39,095 bases of DNA from a virus (Duplodnaviria; Caudoviricetes), in IMG/VR virus record IMGVR_UViG_3300003394_000001, positions 1 to 39,095 of that record. One strand, 5' to 3'. This document shows, piece by piece, positions 1 through 9,074 of the stretch. The notes beneath the pieces were generated by a model, which was not told the DNA's origin, ran no database searches, and worked only from the letters and a program-made list of their open reading frames with translations. Every line of letters starts with the position of its first letter. The stretch's first letter is position 1. Position numbers and translations under genes: made by a program.

Positions 1-76
1 TGCCCTAGCTTTAACTTCAGGGATAGTAAAAGTCTTAGCTTTTGGTTCTAGCATCCCGCCTGCTTTACCTGCGGCA
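1..76. repeat. 76-bp direct terminal repeat (left copy), most likely assembly overlap of a circular contig
   Basis: Bases 1-76 (tgccctagct...cctgcggca) are identical to 39020-39095, and the repeat falls inside a CDS. Confidence 0.97.
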
Positions 77-675
77 GCTCCCGCCACAAGTGATGAGCCA
101 AGACCTACTGCCTGACCAAGAAGAGGATTACCAGTAATCTCAGTCGTCAGTTCAGCAGCAGGCTCTACTACAGCACCGCCAGCAGCGGCAGCAGGAAGAC
201 TACGGGACAACTGCCCTGCTGTCGCAGGAGCAAGCTTTGCCAACCCTGCTTGACTGGTTAATGCAGAAACACCACCTTGTGCAAACTTCTCTGCTGTCGT
301 CTCAGGGGCAGGAGCCAGTTGAGAAAGCATTGCTGCTTGCTTCTCAGAAGCGTAAGGGAGGCGTGATTCAGAGCCCACCAAATTAGCTCCAAGATTATAT
401 AAACCAGAGCCAAAGTCCAAGACTGCCGTAGCAGGGGCAGTGAAGGCTTCGTACAAAGTCCTCCCTGTCATTGCTGCTTGGCGGCCTGCCTCTTGAGCTA
501 AAGAACGAGGCTGTTGGATGTCCATACGGCGCGGGTCATTAGCCATCGTTGTACGGCCTCCGCCGACAGGTGCTTCAACCTCTCCCAAGTGAGTTTTAAT
601 CTTGGTTAATGCCTGTTCTTTGGATAAGCCATCAGCCAGATCATACTGCTGTCCTTTATATTCGTAGATAGGCAT
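1..675 (-). CDS. N-terminal part of a ~503-aa putative internal virion/DNA-ejection protein spanning the contig junction
   Basis: Not in the ORF track. ATG at 675 (MPIYEYKGQQYDLADGLSKEQ...) is open to position 1 and in frame with ORF 38183..39073 through the terminal overlap. Ala/Gly-rich, third gene of the ejection cluster. Confidence 0.85.
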   Translation of the reverse strand, partial: MPIYEYKGQQYDLADGLSKEQALTKIKTHLGEVEAPVGGGRTTMANDPRRMDIQQPRSLAQEAGRQAAMTGRTLYEAFTAPATAVLDFGSGLYNLGANLVGSESRLPYASEKQAAMLSQLAPAPETTAEKFAQGGVSALTSQAGLAKLAPATAGQLSRSLPAAAAGGAVVEPAAELTTEITGNPLLGQAVGLGSSLVAGAAAGKAGGMLEPKAKTFTIPEVKARA

Positions 676-678
676 AGT

Positions 679-1884
679 TTAATCCAGTTTAATTACTTGG
701 GGGCCTTGAGAAGAACCCTCGTAGAAAGAACCTACGCCTTGCGCTTTACGGCGGCTCTCAATACGACCTTTAGTACGTTCTTGTGCTTGTACCAGTGCCT
801 TTTGATAGCGTGTCAACGCCTCATAAGTAGCGACTGTATCGTTACGTCCGTAAGAAGCAACTAATGCCTTAGCGAAGCGCAGTACGTCCTTATCGGTCTG
901 AACGCCCTTTTCTGCACTCACCTGCAAGTTAGTAGCGGTATCCACAGCGGACTTAAGACCCTCATAAGCACGAGCTTCAGGTGTCGAATTACCTGCTGCT
1001 AACTGAGCTTCATACTTAAGATTCTTCAAAGGGCCGAGTTCCAGCTTACGTACACCTTGTGCGTCAGGGGCCAAGGCGCTGACAGCAGGAGTAAGGGCTT
1101 GGATTTGACCTGTGTAAGAATCAATAGCTTCTAAGTCCTTGCCTTCTTCCTTCTGGAGTCCGGGAGACAACGGCTTAGTTGTCTGTTGTCCTTGCTTCAA
1201 CGAAGCAGTCAACTGAGCAATCTCTTGACGAGACTGTGCAGCCATCTGAGCAATCTGCACTTGTGTAGCGCCTTGTTGAGCAGCAACATCAAGACGATTC
1301 TGAGCAGCAAGTTTAGCAGCTTCAATCCTAGCATCAGCAGCGTCTTTGCGAGACTGTGTTGTCTGAATGCTTGTCATAATCTTATCAGGATCGCCATACT
1401 TACGGACGACCTGCAAGTACTGCTCTTCTGTTGCGTCAGGGCCCAGAGCAGCCAACTCTGCACGAAGCTTCTCTTCTTGAACAGTAGTCAGTTCTACTTT
1501 CTTCTGTTCAGCAACAGCTTTACCTGTTTGAGCTGCTCGAAGCTGTGCCTGACGAGCCTGATCCATCACAACCATAGCCTGCTGCCCAAAGCCTTGACTA
1601 CCGAGTGTCTGAGCAAGCGTAGCCAAACCTTCAGGGGTTGTTGTATTGGCCTGCTTCATAATGTTCTGCAAAGCAGCAGCCTTCTGCATCTCAGGGTCTT
1701 GAGCACCAAGCATACCACCCAATGCACCACCCAAGCGACTAGCGCCTGAGTAGATGCCAGCGGTAGCTCGTTGGAAAGGATCCATCTTAGCGTACTGCAT
1801 AGCCTCTTGTTGCAAGGCTTGATCGCGCTGTGCCTGAAGGGATTCTGGAGTGATCCCAAATAAACTATTAACTACTTCAGCCAT
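679..1884 (-). CDS. Putative internal virion/DNA-ejection protein
   Basis: 401 aa, Ala/Gln-rich and likely helical; located downstream of the tail genes as in P22/T7-like podoviruses. Confidence 0.65.
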   Translation of the reverse strand: MAEVVNSLFGITPESLQAQRDQALQQEAMQYAKMDPFQRATAGIYSGASRLGGALGGMLGAQDPEMQKAAALQNIMKQANTTTPEGLATLAQTLGSQGFGQQAMVVMDQARQAQLRAAQTGKAVAEQKKVELTTVQEEKLRAELAALGPDATEEQYLQVVRKYGDPDKIMTSIQTTQSRKDAADARIEAAKLAAQNRLDVAAQQGATQVQIAQMAAQSRQEIAQLTASLKQGQQTTKPLSPGLQKEEGKDLEAIDSYTGQIQALTPAVSALAPDAQGVRKLELGPLKNLKYEAQLAAGNSTPEARAYEGLKSAVDTATNLQVSAEKGVQTDKDVLRFAKALVASYGRNDTVATYEALTRYQKALVQAQERTKGRIESRRKAQGVGSFYEGSSQGPQVIKLD

Positions 1885-1887
1885 GTA

Positions 1888-2856
1888 TCACTCCCAAGAT
1901 TGTGTGCCAAAAGCGTAGGCGTTAGGGTCAGCTTGAAACTGTCCCGAAGAAGGGCTCATCCAGTTAGACACGCCTTGAGTGAACTGCCTGTTGTTCGCCA
2001 GACCTGAAATAGTAGATCCTAGAGGACTGTAGGCGTTAGCAGACTCCATTGCACGAGCAGCGTTAGTGCCGCCTGCGAACAATGTCTGACCCACGTTAGC
2101 GCCTGCTTGAGAGGAACGACCACCAATGTTCAAGCCCAAGTCCAGAGCACCTTGGCCAGCAGATTCCAAGCCTTGAGCCAAGCCAAACTGAGACTTCAGT
2201 GGGTTATAGCCAGCAGTAGCCAAGTCTAAGCCTGTGCCGAACAAACCTGCACCGAAGGTAGTCTGTGCTCTTCCTTGCTCTTGTGCCTGTGCAGCCAACT
2301 GCATATCCTGCATCATCTGAGCATTCAAGAGAGCCTGTTGTTCAGGGTTAGCAGCGCCCATCATACCGCCTTGAGAGACTGCAACACCACCACGGCCTGT
2401 ATTGAACAGATTCTGTGTCAAGCCTGCCTGTGCCTGCTGACGACCGGGCTGCAAGAGAGCCTGCTGAGACTGCATCCAGTTCTGTGCAGCCTCTTGAGGA
2501 GACTGAGCCAGATACTGCTGACCTAAGCCAAACAGTTGTTGTTGAGCTGCCTGAGCCTGCTCACCTGTCTGCATACCTGCACCACCTGCCTGAGACAGCA
2601 AGCGATCACGCATTGCAGCCACTTCAGGGGAGACATCGTAGCCTGCCGACTGAAGATAACCTTCAGGAGACATTGTGAAGTTAGAGGAACCGAAGCGGGT
2701 AGTGACACCCACTGGACGGAACTTCTGTGCTTCTGCTGCTACACGAGCAGCTTCAAGTTGTGCGTTAGCGGATGTCTGTGCTGCGTCCTCGGCAGAGTTA
2801 CCGCCAAGAATGCCGCCTAAGAGTCCAAGGCCACCGCTGATCCATGATGCTGGCAT
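1888..2856 (-). CDS. Putative DNA-ejection (pilot-like) protein
   Basis: 322 aa, Gly/Ala/Gln-rich, with a GGLGLLGGILGG hydrophobic N-terminus typical of P22 gp7-like ejection proteins. Confidence 0.65.
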   Translation of the reverse strand: MPASWISGGLGLLGGILGGNSAEDAAQTSANAQLEAARVAAEAQKFRPVGVTTRFGSSNFTMSPEGYLQSAGYDVSPEVAAMRDRLLSQAGGAGMQTGEQAQAAQQQLFGLGQQYLAQSPQEAAQNWMQSQQALLQPGRQQAQAGLTQNLFNTGRGGVAVSQGGMMGAANPEQQALLNAQMMQDMQLAAQAQEQGRAQTTFGAGLFGTGLDLATAGYNPLKSQFGLAQGLESAGQGALDLGLNIGGRSSQAGANVGQTLFAGGTNAARAMESANAYSPLGSTISGLANNRQFTQGVSNWMSPSSGQFQADPNAYAFGTQSWE

Positions 2857-2857
2857 A

Positions 2858-3199
2858 TTAAGCCTCTACTTTCTTGTCTTGTTTGATTAAAACTTGATCT
2901 ACTTTATTCACGTCAGTTTCCTCGGTTTGATGGATACAGAACCATACTGAATCCTCTAATGCTAGAATGGTGTGGTTTACATCTTTAACAATATTGATAC
3001 AAGCAGGGGCTGTGTATGTCTCTACTACATCGTTGTCAAACAATACCCTGACCTTACCTTGAGCTAAGATACTCAAGTGGTCATAGGTATGTTTGTGTTG
3101 GCAAGCTAATGATCCTTTGGGGAGAGTCATCTGCTTGGCGTATAAGCCTTCAGAGAAGTGATGCTGAATCATGTTGTCAGGCGTTAAGCTGTCAGGCAT
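2858..3199 (-). CDS. Cupin-fold protein
   Basis: HKH...H and downstream NH motifs with cupin beta-strand pattern, 113 aa. Confidence 0.65.
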   Translation of the reverse strand: MPDSLTPDNMIQHHFSEGLYAKQMTLPKGSLACQHKHTYDHLSILAQGKVRVLFDNDVVETYTAPACINIVKDVNHTILALEDSVWFCIHQTEETDVNKVDQVLIKQDKKVEA

Positions 3200-3868
3200 T
3201 TATGCCGTGCGTTTCCACATCGCAACTGTGATGTACGGCTGGAGGTTGGCGTTAGTTCCAGACACACCTGCTGAGGCTGTAGTGAACGCATGAGTATGTG
3301 AGGCATCCATACTGATATTATAATTAGGTTGAGCATTTTGGCCCACACCACTAAAAGAACCAGTAGATGAGAACACACCGGATGCAGTGGGTGTCCCTGA
3401 AGTAAATCCACCTGTAATTGAGGTATTATTTGTTGTTCCTGTATGTGTGTGACTAACAACAACAGCATCTTTACTACCGCCTGTCTCTTCCAAAGCATCG
3501 AACAGTGAATCACCGCCATTCAAGCCTACCATCACTCGACCCGCACCGAAGGCTATCCAAGTACCGAAACCAAGCAAAGTAGCTGGATTGGTAGTTACAC
3601 CTGCGTTAATGTAGATAGACCCTACTGGGTATAAGGCTTGAATAGCTGCTACTGTTGCCACAGTAGTTCCTGCTGCTGATAATGCAGGAGTCGGAGCAGC
3701 TACAGTACCTGTGAATGTAGGATCAGCAATATCAGCTTTAGTTGCTACAGCCGTTGCAATGTTGTTAAACTCAGTATCAAACTCAGCACCCTTGATAATC
3801 TTTGAAGGGTTGCCAGAGGATAAAGAATCCTTACTGGTAAAGTTTGTACTTTTTACGTATTCTGTCAT
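3200..3868 (-). CDS. Tail-associated structural protein (gp10 C-terminal/tail-collar-like domain)
   Basis: LYPVGSIYI..NP..LGFGTW..FGAGRV.VG motif, HTH repeats, NLQPYITV.MWKR C-terminus. Confidence 0.75.
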   Translation of the reverse strand: MTEYVKSTNFTSKDSLSSGNPSKIIKGAEFDTEFNNIATAVATKADIADPTFTGTVAAPTPALSAAGTTVATVAAIQALYPVGSIYINAGVTTNPATLLGFGTWIAFGAGRVMVGLNGGDSLFDALEETGGSKDAVVVSHTHTGTTNNTSITGGFTSGTPTASGVFSSTGSFSGVGQNAQPNYNISMDASHTHAFTTASAGVSGTNANLQPYITVAMWKRTA

Positions 3869-5421
3869 GTTATCTTTCCGTTCTTAGCTAAGATTTCTAA
3901 CTTCTGGATGCTCAGAGGAGCGCCGTTAATATCTGTCTCGTATCCTGTTTGGATTACCTTACCTGCTCCTGTTGGATAGGCAGTCAGTGTCTGCAAAGAA
4001 ACACCATCAGAATACTCAGTACCACTACTATTATACTCTGCAATACCAAACTCTGCAATACCTTGTGTGGGTATTTTAACGTTCTGTGCAGAATAGTTCT
4101 CTTTAAAGTCATATCCCCACTTAATTGTGACATACTGGTTAGTACCGCCAATCACAACCACTGAGAGTTTCTTCAAGACAGAGCTGACCATAGGTGTGCC
4201 TAAGTCAGTATGGTTAGTAAAGTATTGAAAGCGGTATGTACTACCGTTGTCCAGATGGGTAGTATATTTACCAACATACCCTGCTTTACCGATCAAGAGA
4301 CTCTTATCACGGAGGTAGCAGAAGCTCTTAGGCTCAATACTATCCCATGTAGTTACCCTACTAGCGCCATCCTGCAATGCAGCCTTCATGTCAAAGCAGT
4401 ACACTGTCTTTAAGACAGGAAAGGAAATCAGATAGAAGGACTCAAAAGGACTATAGATAGACTTGATGGTAGAAGCTACTTCACCTGCTACGGCACTCAT
4501 TAAGTCATTACGTACGTTCTTAGACAAGTCACGGAAAGGTGCTGACTTCTCTTGGATGGTACGTAGGACGCTACGAACACCTGTGTCAGACAAGAAGATA
4601 ACATCTGAGCCTGTGTTCTGGATGGTGTCTCTAGCGATACAGCCGATACCAGTTAATGAGTCAGAGATCTTGAACACACCTGCTGAGAGTACATCCTGAG
4701 CACCTGAGTACACCAAGATATTGTTCTTACCGAAGATGAACAAGAATCCGTTATGTGAGGCCAAGCCTGTGATGTTATCTGCACCGTTAGGCCACACAGA
4801 GGACACATCAATAGAGCCTGTAGAACCATTAGCCCACTTATGTCCAGAAAGGATGTCAGACCAGTAGATTACTGTCTTCTCAGTAGCTAGATCAGCCACC
4901 CATAGACGACCATAAGCAGACAGAACAATGTTACCTGAAGGAACAGTACCTGTGTAGCCAGTCTTCTCAGACACTCGGCGATACGTTGTAGTACTCACAG
5001 CAGGATCAAACACCAGTGGATCATGTCCAGACTGGAAGAAGTAAAGTACTTCGTTCAAGGCTGCGATCTGCCAGTTGTTAGCTGTGATTGTAGGAGCAGT
5101 ACCTCCACCGCCGTAGGTCAAGGTAGTCAGTGTGCTACCTACGAGCTTGAAGAGCTTACTGTTACCTGCTGCGATGGTGTACTCAGAACCACTGTCTGTA
5201 ACCAACTGACCGATAGCTTCTACGTTAGAGGAGCCTAAGTCAGTGTTGGTTGTGTTTACTGGCGACCAGCCTTTACGAGCACCTACACGGCCATACTGGT
5301 CAATAACACAGTTGACAGCCGTAAGAGCGAAGCCGGAGGCTAAGTCTAGGGAGCTATCTTGTGTATTCAGGCCATAGAAGCCGGGAGCTGTAATACTAAA
5401 TGTTTGAATGGGTTGTGCCAT
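3865..5421 (-). CDS. Tail nozzle / tail tubular protein B-like
   Basis: 518 aa, beta-rich, N-terminal GLN motif, follows the adaptor gene in podovirus order. Confidence 0.7.
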   Translation of the reverse strand: MAQPIQTFSITAPGFYGLNTQDSSLDLASGFALTAVNCVIDQYGRVGARKGWSPVNTTNTDLGSSNVEAIGQLVTDSGSEYTIAAGNSKLFKLVGSTLTTLTYGGGGTAPTITANNWQIAALNEVLYFFQSGHDPLVFDPAVSTTTYRRVSEKTGYTGTVPSGNIVLSAYGRLWVADLATEKTVIYWSDILSGHKWANGSTGSIDVSSVWPNGADNITGLASHNGFLFIFGKNNILVYSGAQDVLSAGVFKISDSLTGIGCIARDTIQNTGSDVIFLSDTGVRSVLRTIQEKSAPFRDLSKNVRNDLMSAVAGEVASTIKSIYSPFESFYLISFPVLKTVYCFDMKAALQDGASRVTTWDSIEPKSFCYLRDKSLLIGKAGYVGKYTTHLDNGSTYRFQYFTNHTDLGTPMVSSVLKKLSVVVIGGTNQYVTIKWGYDFKENYSAQNVKIPTQGIAEFGIAEYNSSGTEYSDGVSLQTLTAYPTGAGKVIQTGYETDINGAPLSIQKLEILAKNGKIT

Positions 5422-5424
5422 ATG

Positions 5425-6078
5425 TTACACAGCCTCCCACGCATCTTCCTCAACATAACGTGAACTCTCGATGGCAATAGCATCTGCCAAGGAAGCCTTA
5501 TACAGTCCGTAAGCCTCTGAACTATTCAAACCACCATCTTCACCACGTTCAACCAGCGCACGTGCAAAAGCCCCTAAGATAACAGGCTCTTTAGGGGCGA
5601 ACAATGTGTCTGAGTCTGCTGAAAGTTCAGACTGAGGAATGTAGAGATTAAACGAGAGGGAGAGGCCAGCAGTAGGGATAGGGAAGACATTAACTTTAGT
5701 GTCTCCTGTACTGTCCAATCCATTGAAGTTGTAGTACAAGGGAGAACCTGTCTGCTCACTGGTAAGCAGGTACTGAGACATCATCTTTGTAGTTAAGGCA
5801 TTGATGGTAGTCTTGTTGGTAACGTCTGTAGCTTCAATGACTTTAAAGCGAGTGCCTGAACCTGTCAGCACATAGTTATGTGTGCCAGCAACAGTGGTTA
5901 CTGTAAGCGTACTGTTCAATGCGTTCCACGAGTAAGCATCTTCTACTTGTCTCTTGGAGTCATTAACCAGCTTACCGATAAGTTTAGATAGTGTGTTCTC
6001 ATTGACTGTAGAGACTTCAGGTTCGCGCATACGAATCAAGATGTCATTCACAAGTCCGAGGTATGTTGGCAGTGCCAT
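5425..6078 (-). CDS. Head-tail adaptor / tail tubular protein A-like
   Basis: 217 aa, TYL.LVN.IL..MRE N-terminus, position after the capsid genes. Confidence 0.7.
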   Translation of the reverse strand: MALPTYLGLVNDILIRMREPEVSTVNENTLSKLIGKLVNDSKRQVEDAYSWNALNSTLTVTTVAGTHNYVLTGSGTRFKVIEATDVTNKTTINALTTKMMSQYLLTSEQTGSPLYYNFNGLDSTGDTKVNVFPIPTAGLSLSFNLYIPQSELSADSDTLFAPKEPVILGAFARALVERGEDGGLNSSEAYGLYKASLADAIAIESSRYVEEDAWEAV

Positions 6079-6081
6079 AAC

Positions 6082-6417
6082 TTAGATTCCTTCTTTCTTA
6101 AACAATTCAAAGGTACAGATGGTACTGAATGAACTTCCTGCTTCGCTTGTCATCACAATAGTATCATTCTCTTCCATCACCACGTAAGCACCTCCATCCA
6201 TACGGACATAGGTTTTGGAACTAACACCACTGTCCATTACATAGATGTTCTGCGAAGCACTAGAATCATGCCAGTACACGGAGATGGACTTGGTAGAGCC
6301 TGTGTTGTTAAACAGATACATCAAACCCCACTTGGCAAAGTAGCCAACAGGAACTGTATATACTGTCGTAGGGGTCGCTGCTGTTAGGTTTACACCTACG
6401 GATACAGGACGAGTCAT
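6082..6417 (-). CDS. Hypothetical virion protein
   Basis: 111 aa, beta-rich (T.VYTVP motif), AAGGA RBS, in the structural operon. Confidence 0.6.
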   Translation of the reverse strand: MTRPVSVGVNLTAATPTTVYTVPVGYFAKWGLMYLFNNTGSTKSISVYWHDSSASQNIYVMDSGVSSKTYVRMDGGAYVVMEENDTIVMTSEAGSSFSTICTFELFKKEGI

Positions 6418-6418
6418 G

Positions 6419-6595
6419 TTATTCCTTGCGCTTAGGCTTAGTTGTGGCTGTCTTTACCGCAGGAGATACCACAGGAGGTTCTTCTTGTAATTCATACCAC
6501 TCAGGGTTACTTCTGAAACTTTGAATATCCACTGCACTCTTAACCTCTGCAATGGTCTGAGGACGGTTACTTGTCTTCATCTGGAAACGTACCAT
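6419..6595 (-). CDS. Small hypothetical protein (58 aa)
   Basis: Not in the ORF track. MVRFQMKTSNRPQ...KPKRKE with upstream AAGGAG; fills the gap after the capsid terminator. Confidence 0.7.
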   Translation of the reverse strand: MVRFQMKTSNRPQTIAEVKSAVDIQSFRSNPEWYELQEEPPVVSPAVKTATTKPKRKE

Positions 6596-6640
6596 ATGTC
6601 TGTATCTCCTTTATTTATTACTCACGGTGTAAGCAGTAAA

Positions 6641-6666
6641 CAAAAGAGAGCCCCGAAGGGCCCTCC
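6641..6666 (-). terminator. Rho-independent terminator after major capsid gene
   Basis: Minus strand GAGGGCCC-TTCG-GGGCTCTC-TTTT: C(UUCG)G hairpin plus short U tract. Confidence 0.85.
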
Positions 6667-6677
6667 TTAATCAACCA

Positions 6678-7601
6678 TTAAGCCGCAGAAGCGTCAACGA
6701 TGATTGGAACGCAACCGTAGTCACGCAGTTCGCCCACGCCGTACAGGGTGTCAGCAGTGAACAAGTTACCGAGGTATTCTTGTTTGTACTGAGTCTGAGC
6801 GCGAACGCCGATCTGCTCAACCAACACAGCCCAATCGCGGTGGAACATCAAAGCAGCGCGGTCAGAAGCAGTGTTGCCAGCAGCGGTATCGCAGTTGGTA
6901 GACACATACACTTTAACGCCATAGATGTCGCCGAACTCGCCGTTCATCAGGGTAGTGCCGTTGCCTTTGAAGGCTTGCTCGGTGAAGCGAGCGATACCCA
7001 ACATGCTGTTACGGGCAACAGGAGGAACCACCAGCGAACGACCGTCCATAGGCACGTCTTGATCGTCCAGCAACTGGATAGCAGCACGGATACCAGCATC
7101 AGCGATGTTGGCAGCGTTGGACGAAGAGTAAGTGTAAGCAGCACCGGTAGAACCGATGATACCACCCGAATACTGAGCGTTAGCAGCGTTACCGCCACGA
7201 GCAGCACGAGCCAGTTGGATCAGAGTGGTGTCCACTTGCTTGCCCAGAGCGTGACCAGCGTCATCGGTGTAGAAGCTACGCAGGCTCGACAGAGCTTGGG
7301 CTTCAACGATGTCTTCGATCAAGCGGCTGTACTCGAAGTGTTTGTCGATAGAGATGGACACATCGCCTTCAGTTGCAGCGATCAAGGTGACTTGACTGCC
7401 AGCAGCTTTAGCGGAAGCTGTACCACGGGTAGGCGAAGGAATGTGAACGGTGTCACCTTTCTTGCCTTTGAAGCTCATCTTCTTGACCAGATTGGCCATA
7501 ACGAGCGATTTCTTGTATGCGGCCACAATCTCATCAGACCAAACTTCAGGGATGAAGGTTGCTGCGGTGGTGATTGTGACGTTGTTTGTACCTAAAGCCA
7601 T
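6678..7601 (-). CDS. Major capsid protein
   Basis: 307 aa, FIPEVWS, KGDTVHIP, G.IYGV.VYVS and ADTLYG motifs; follows scaffold, precedes terminator; strongly biased codon usage. Confidence 0.92.
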   Translation of the reverse strand: MALGTNNVTITTAATFIPEVWSDEIVAAYKKSLVMANLVKKMSFKGKKGDTVHIPSPTRGTASAKAAGSQVTLIAATEGDVSISIDKHFEYSRLIEDIVEAQALSSLRSFYTDDAGHALGKQVDTTLIQLARAARGGNAANAQYSGGIIGSTGAAYTYSSSNAANIADAGIRAAIQLLDDQDVPMDGRSLVVPPVARNSMLGIARFTEQAFKGNGTTLMNGEFGDIYGVKVYVSTNCDTAAGNTASDRAALMFHRDWAVLVEQIGVRAQTQYKQEYLGNLFTADTLYGVGELRDYGCVPIIVDASAA

Positions 7602-7657
7602 TTGAATACTCCTATGATTTCAAAAATTGATTATAAATTTACTTTACGTGAGCTTGC

Positions 7658-8446
7658 TCACTTGACTCGACCCTGTTGATAAGCTGCCATGATTTCGGGT
7701 TGCAGCAACTCATAACGATCTGGATCTGTCATCTTAAGACGGATTAAATCCGCACGACGATATACTTTCTTTGCAACTTCGCCAGAACCACTTGTATCCA
7801 CACCTGCGGCTCGGAGAGCTTGTGCCTGTTGTTTCTTACCAGCATCTTGTACGTTGTTGTTGCGAACTTGCTTAAGTTCTTTATATGTGCTCAAGAGTTC
7901 ATCCGCTGAACCAAAGTCAAACTCAGCATCTGCTTTAGCGTAAAGATTAAGACGAATAGGACTAGCTTTCACCCACTCCTGAAATCCAGTGTCGTTGGCG
8001 ATAGTGCCAAAGTCAGGATGTTTGGATGCTAATTGCTGTGCTGTCTTCATCCGCTTTAGCTCAAGGTTAGCTTGTTTAGCTTCAATGACTGCGGGGTTAT
8101 TCTCAATTGCACGTTTAATAGAGTCTTGAGGGTTCTCAAAGAAATCTACTTCGGGCGCACTTTCAACAGGTTGCTCTTTATCGTTTTCGAGTTGTCGTTT
8201 AAGCAGTTGATCCGCTAATGAACGTACTTCGTGTACTTCCTGTGCTTGCCTACCAATCATCTTCTCAGCTTCTTGGTGCATCTTAACAATATCCTCTAAG
8301 GACTTGTCTTTATATTTATCTGGAAATACCTTCTCTACCACACTCTCTTGTTGAGGTTGTTCCACTGCTGGAGTCTCTTGTTGAGGTTGTTCTTCATCAA
8401 TCGTATCCAATGTTGGGTCAAACGATTCTTGCTCAATAAATGCCAT
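7658..8446 (-). CDS. Capsid scaffolding protein
   Basis: 262 aa, acidic coiled-coil, C-terminal I.AAY..GRVK motif, immediately upstream of capsid. Confidence 0.8.
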   Translation of the reverse strand: MAFIEQESFDPTLDTIDEEQPQQETPAVEQPQQESVVEKVFPDKYKDKSLEDIVKMHQEAEKMIGRQAQEVHEVRSLADQLLKRQLENDKEQPVESAPEVDFFENPQDSIKRAIENNPAVIEAKQANLELKRMKTAQQLASKHPDFGTIANDTGFQEWVKASPIRLNLYAKADAEFDFGSADELLSTYKELKQVRNNNVQDAGKKQQAQALRAAGVDTSGSGEVAKKVYRRADLIRLKMTDPDRYELLQPEIMAAYQQGRVK

Positions 8447-8527
8447 ACTGTTATTCTCCTGTCTCTCTTGAGATTATAGGACTATGAAATGTGGGTACTC
8501 TCGTACCTACCCGTTTAATGTGAAGTG

Positions 8528-8770
8528 TTACTCTGGAACAGCGTAAGAGGCTTTCCTCTCTTGCTTCAGCTTATCACTTCGTTTACGTTCCCATGCGTCA
8601 TATGCACCGGGAAAAGCACCTGTGATGCCCTCCAAGTTACTTCTGACACTGGAAACAATTCTCGTTGAGTGCTTACCGCAGGCTCGACAAGCGAGTTCCC
8701 TACAGTCTTCATCAACAAACGCTTCAGAGATGTGTCCATCTTCACAAACAAACTCAAACATTCGGCGCAT
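8528..8770 (-). CDS. FmdB-like zinc-ribbon protein
   Basis: FEFVCEDGH...CRACG zinc-ribbon pattern, 80 aa. Confidence 0.65.
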   Translation of the reverse strand: MRRMFEFVCEDGHISEAFVDEDCRELACRACGKHSTRIVSSVRSNLEGITGAFPGAYDAWERKRSDKLKQERKASYAVPE

Positions 8771-9009
8771 TACTGTGCCTCCTGTAACAGTTGCTCGTAA
8801 ATCTCTTCACAAGTCTTCTTGCGGTTAAGAATCAAATCTAGAATGTCCAACTGTCCTAGTCGGTAGTTTAATGAGTGTTCGTCTTTCACAGTGCGAACAT
8901 TGTCTAGATTAGCTTCTAACTCTTTGAGGTCTTCAATCAAATACTTCCACCCTTCAGTGGACATCATTGAGAAAGTTTCCTCGTAATATCTTTGTAAGGA
9001 TTTTTCCAT
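8770..9009 (-). CDS. Hypothetical head-module protein
   Basis: 79 aa, helical, TAATG-coupled to the next gene, first gene after promoter 9039-9067. Confidence 0.7.
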   Translation of the reverse strand: MEKSLQRYYEETFSMMSTEGWKYLIEDLKELEANLDNVRTVKDEHSLNYRLGQLDILDLILNRKKTCEEIYEQLLQEAQ

Positions 9010-9038
9010 TAGGAGTCCTATTAGTTGTACACTCTATT

Positions 9039-9067
9039 ATTGTAACAGATAAGTAGTATTTTGTCAA
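9039..9067 (-). promoter_or_regulatory. Sigma70 promoter for head genes
   Basis: TTGACA-17 bp-TACAAT with extended -10 TGn, on the minus strand. Confidence 0.8.
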
Positions 9068-9074
9068 TCTTTAT

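Noticed and set aside
1-76. 76-bp repeat as the biological terminal repeat of the virion DNA
   Set aside because: It lies mid-CDS and has a k-mer-like length, so assembly overlap is more likely; real termini are probably near 17.3 kb
6780-7595. 271-aa antisense ORF over the capsid gene, and similar shadow ORFs at 1186, 10678, 15101 and 34032
   Set aside because: Explained by codon bias of the sense genes; no RBS or recognisable motifs
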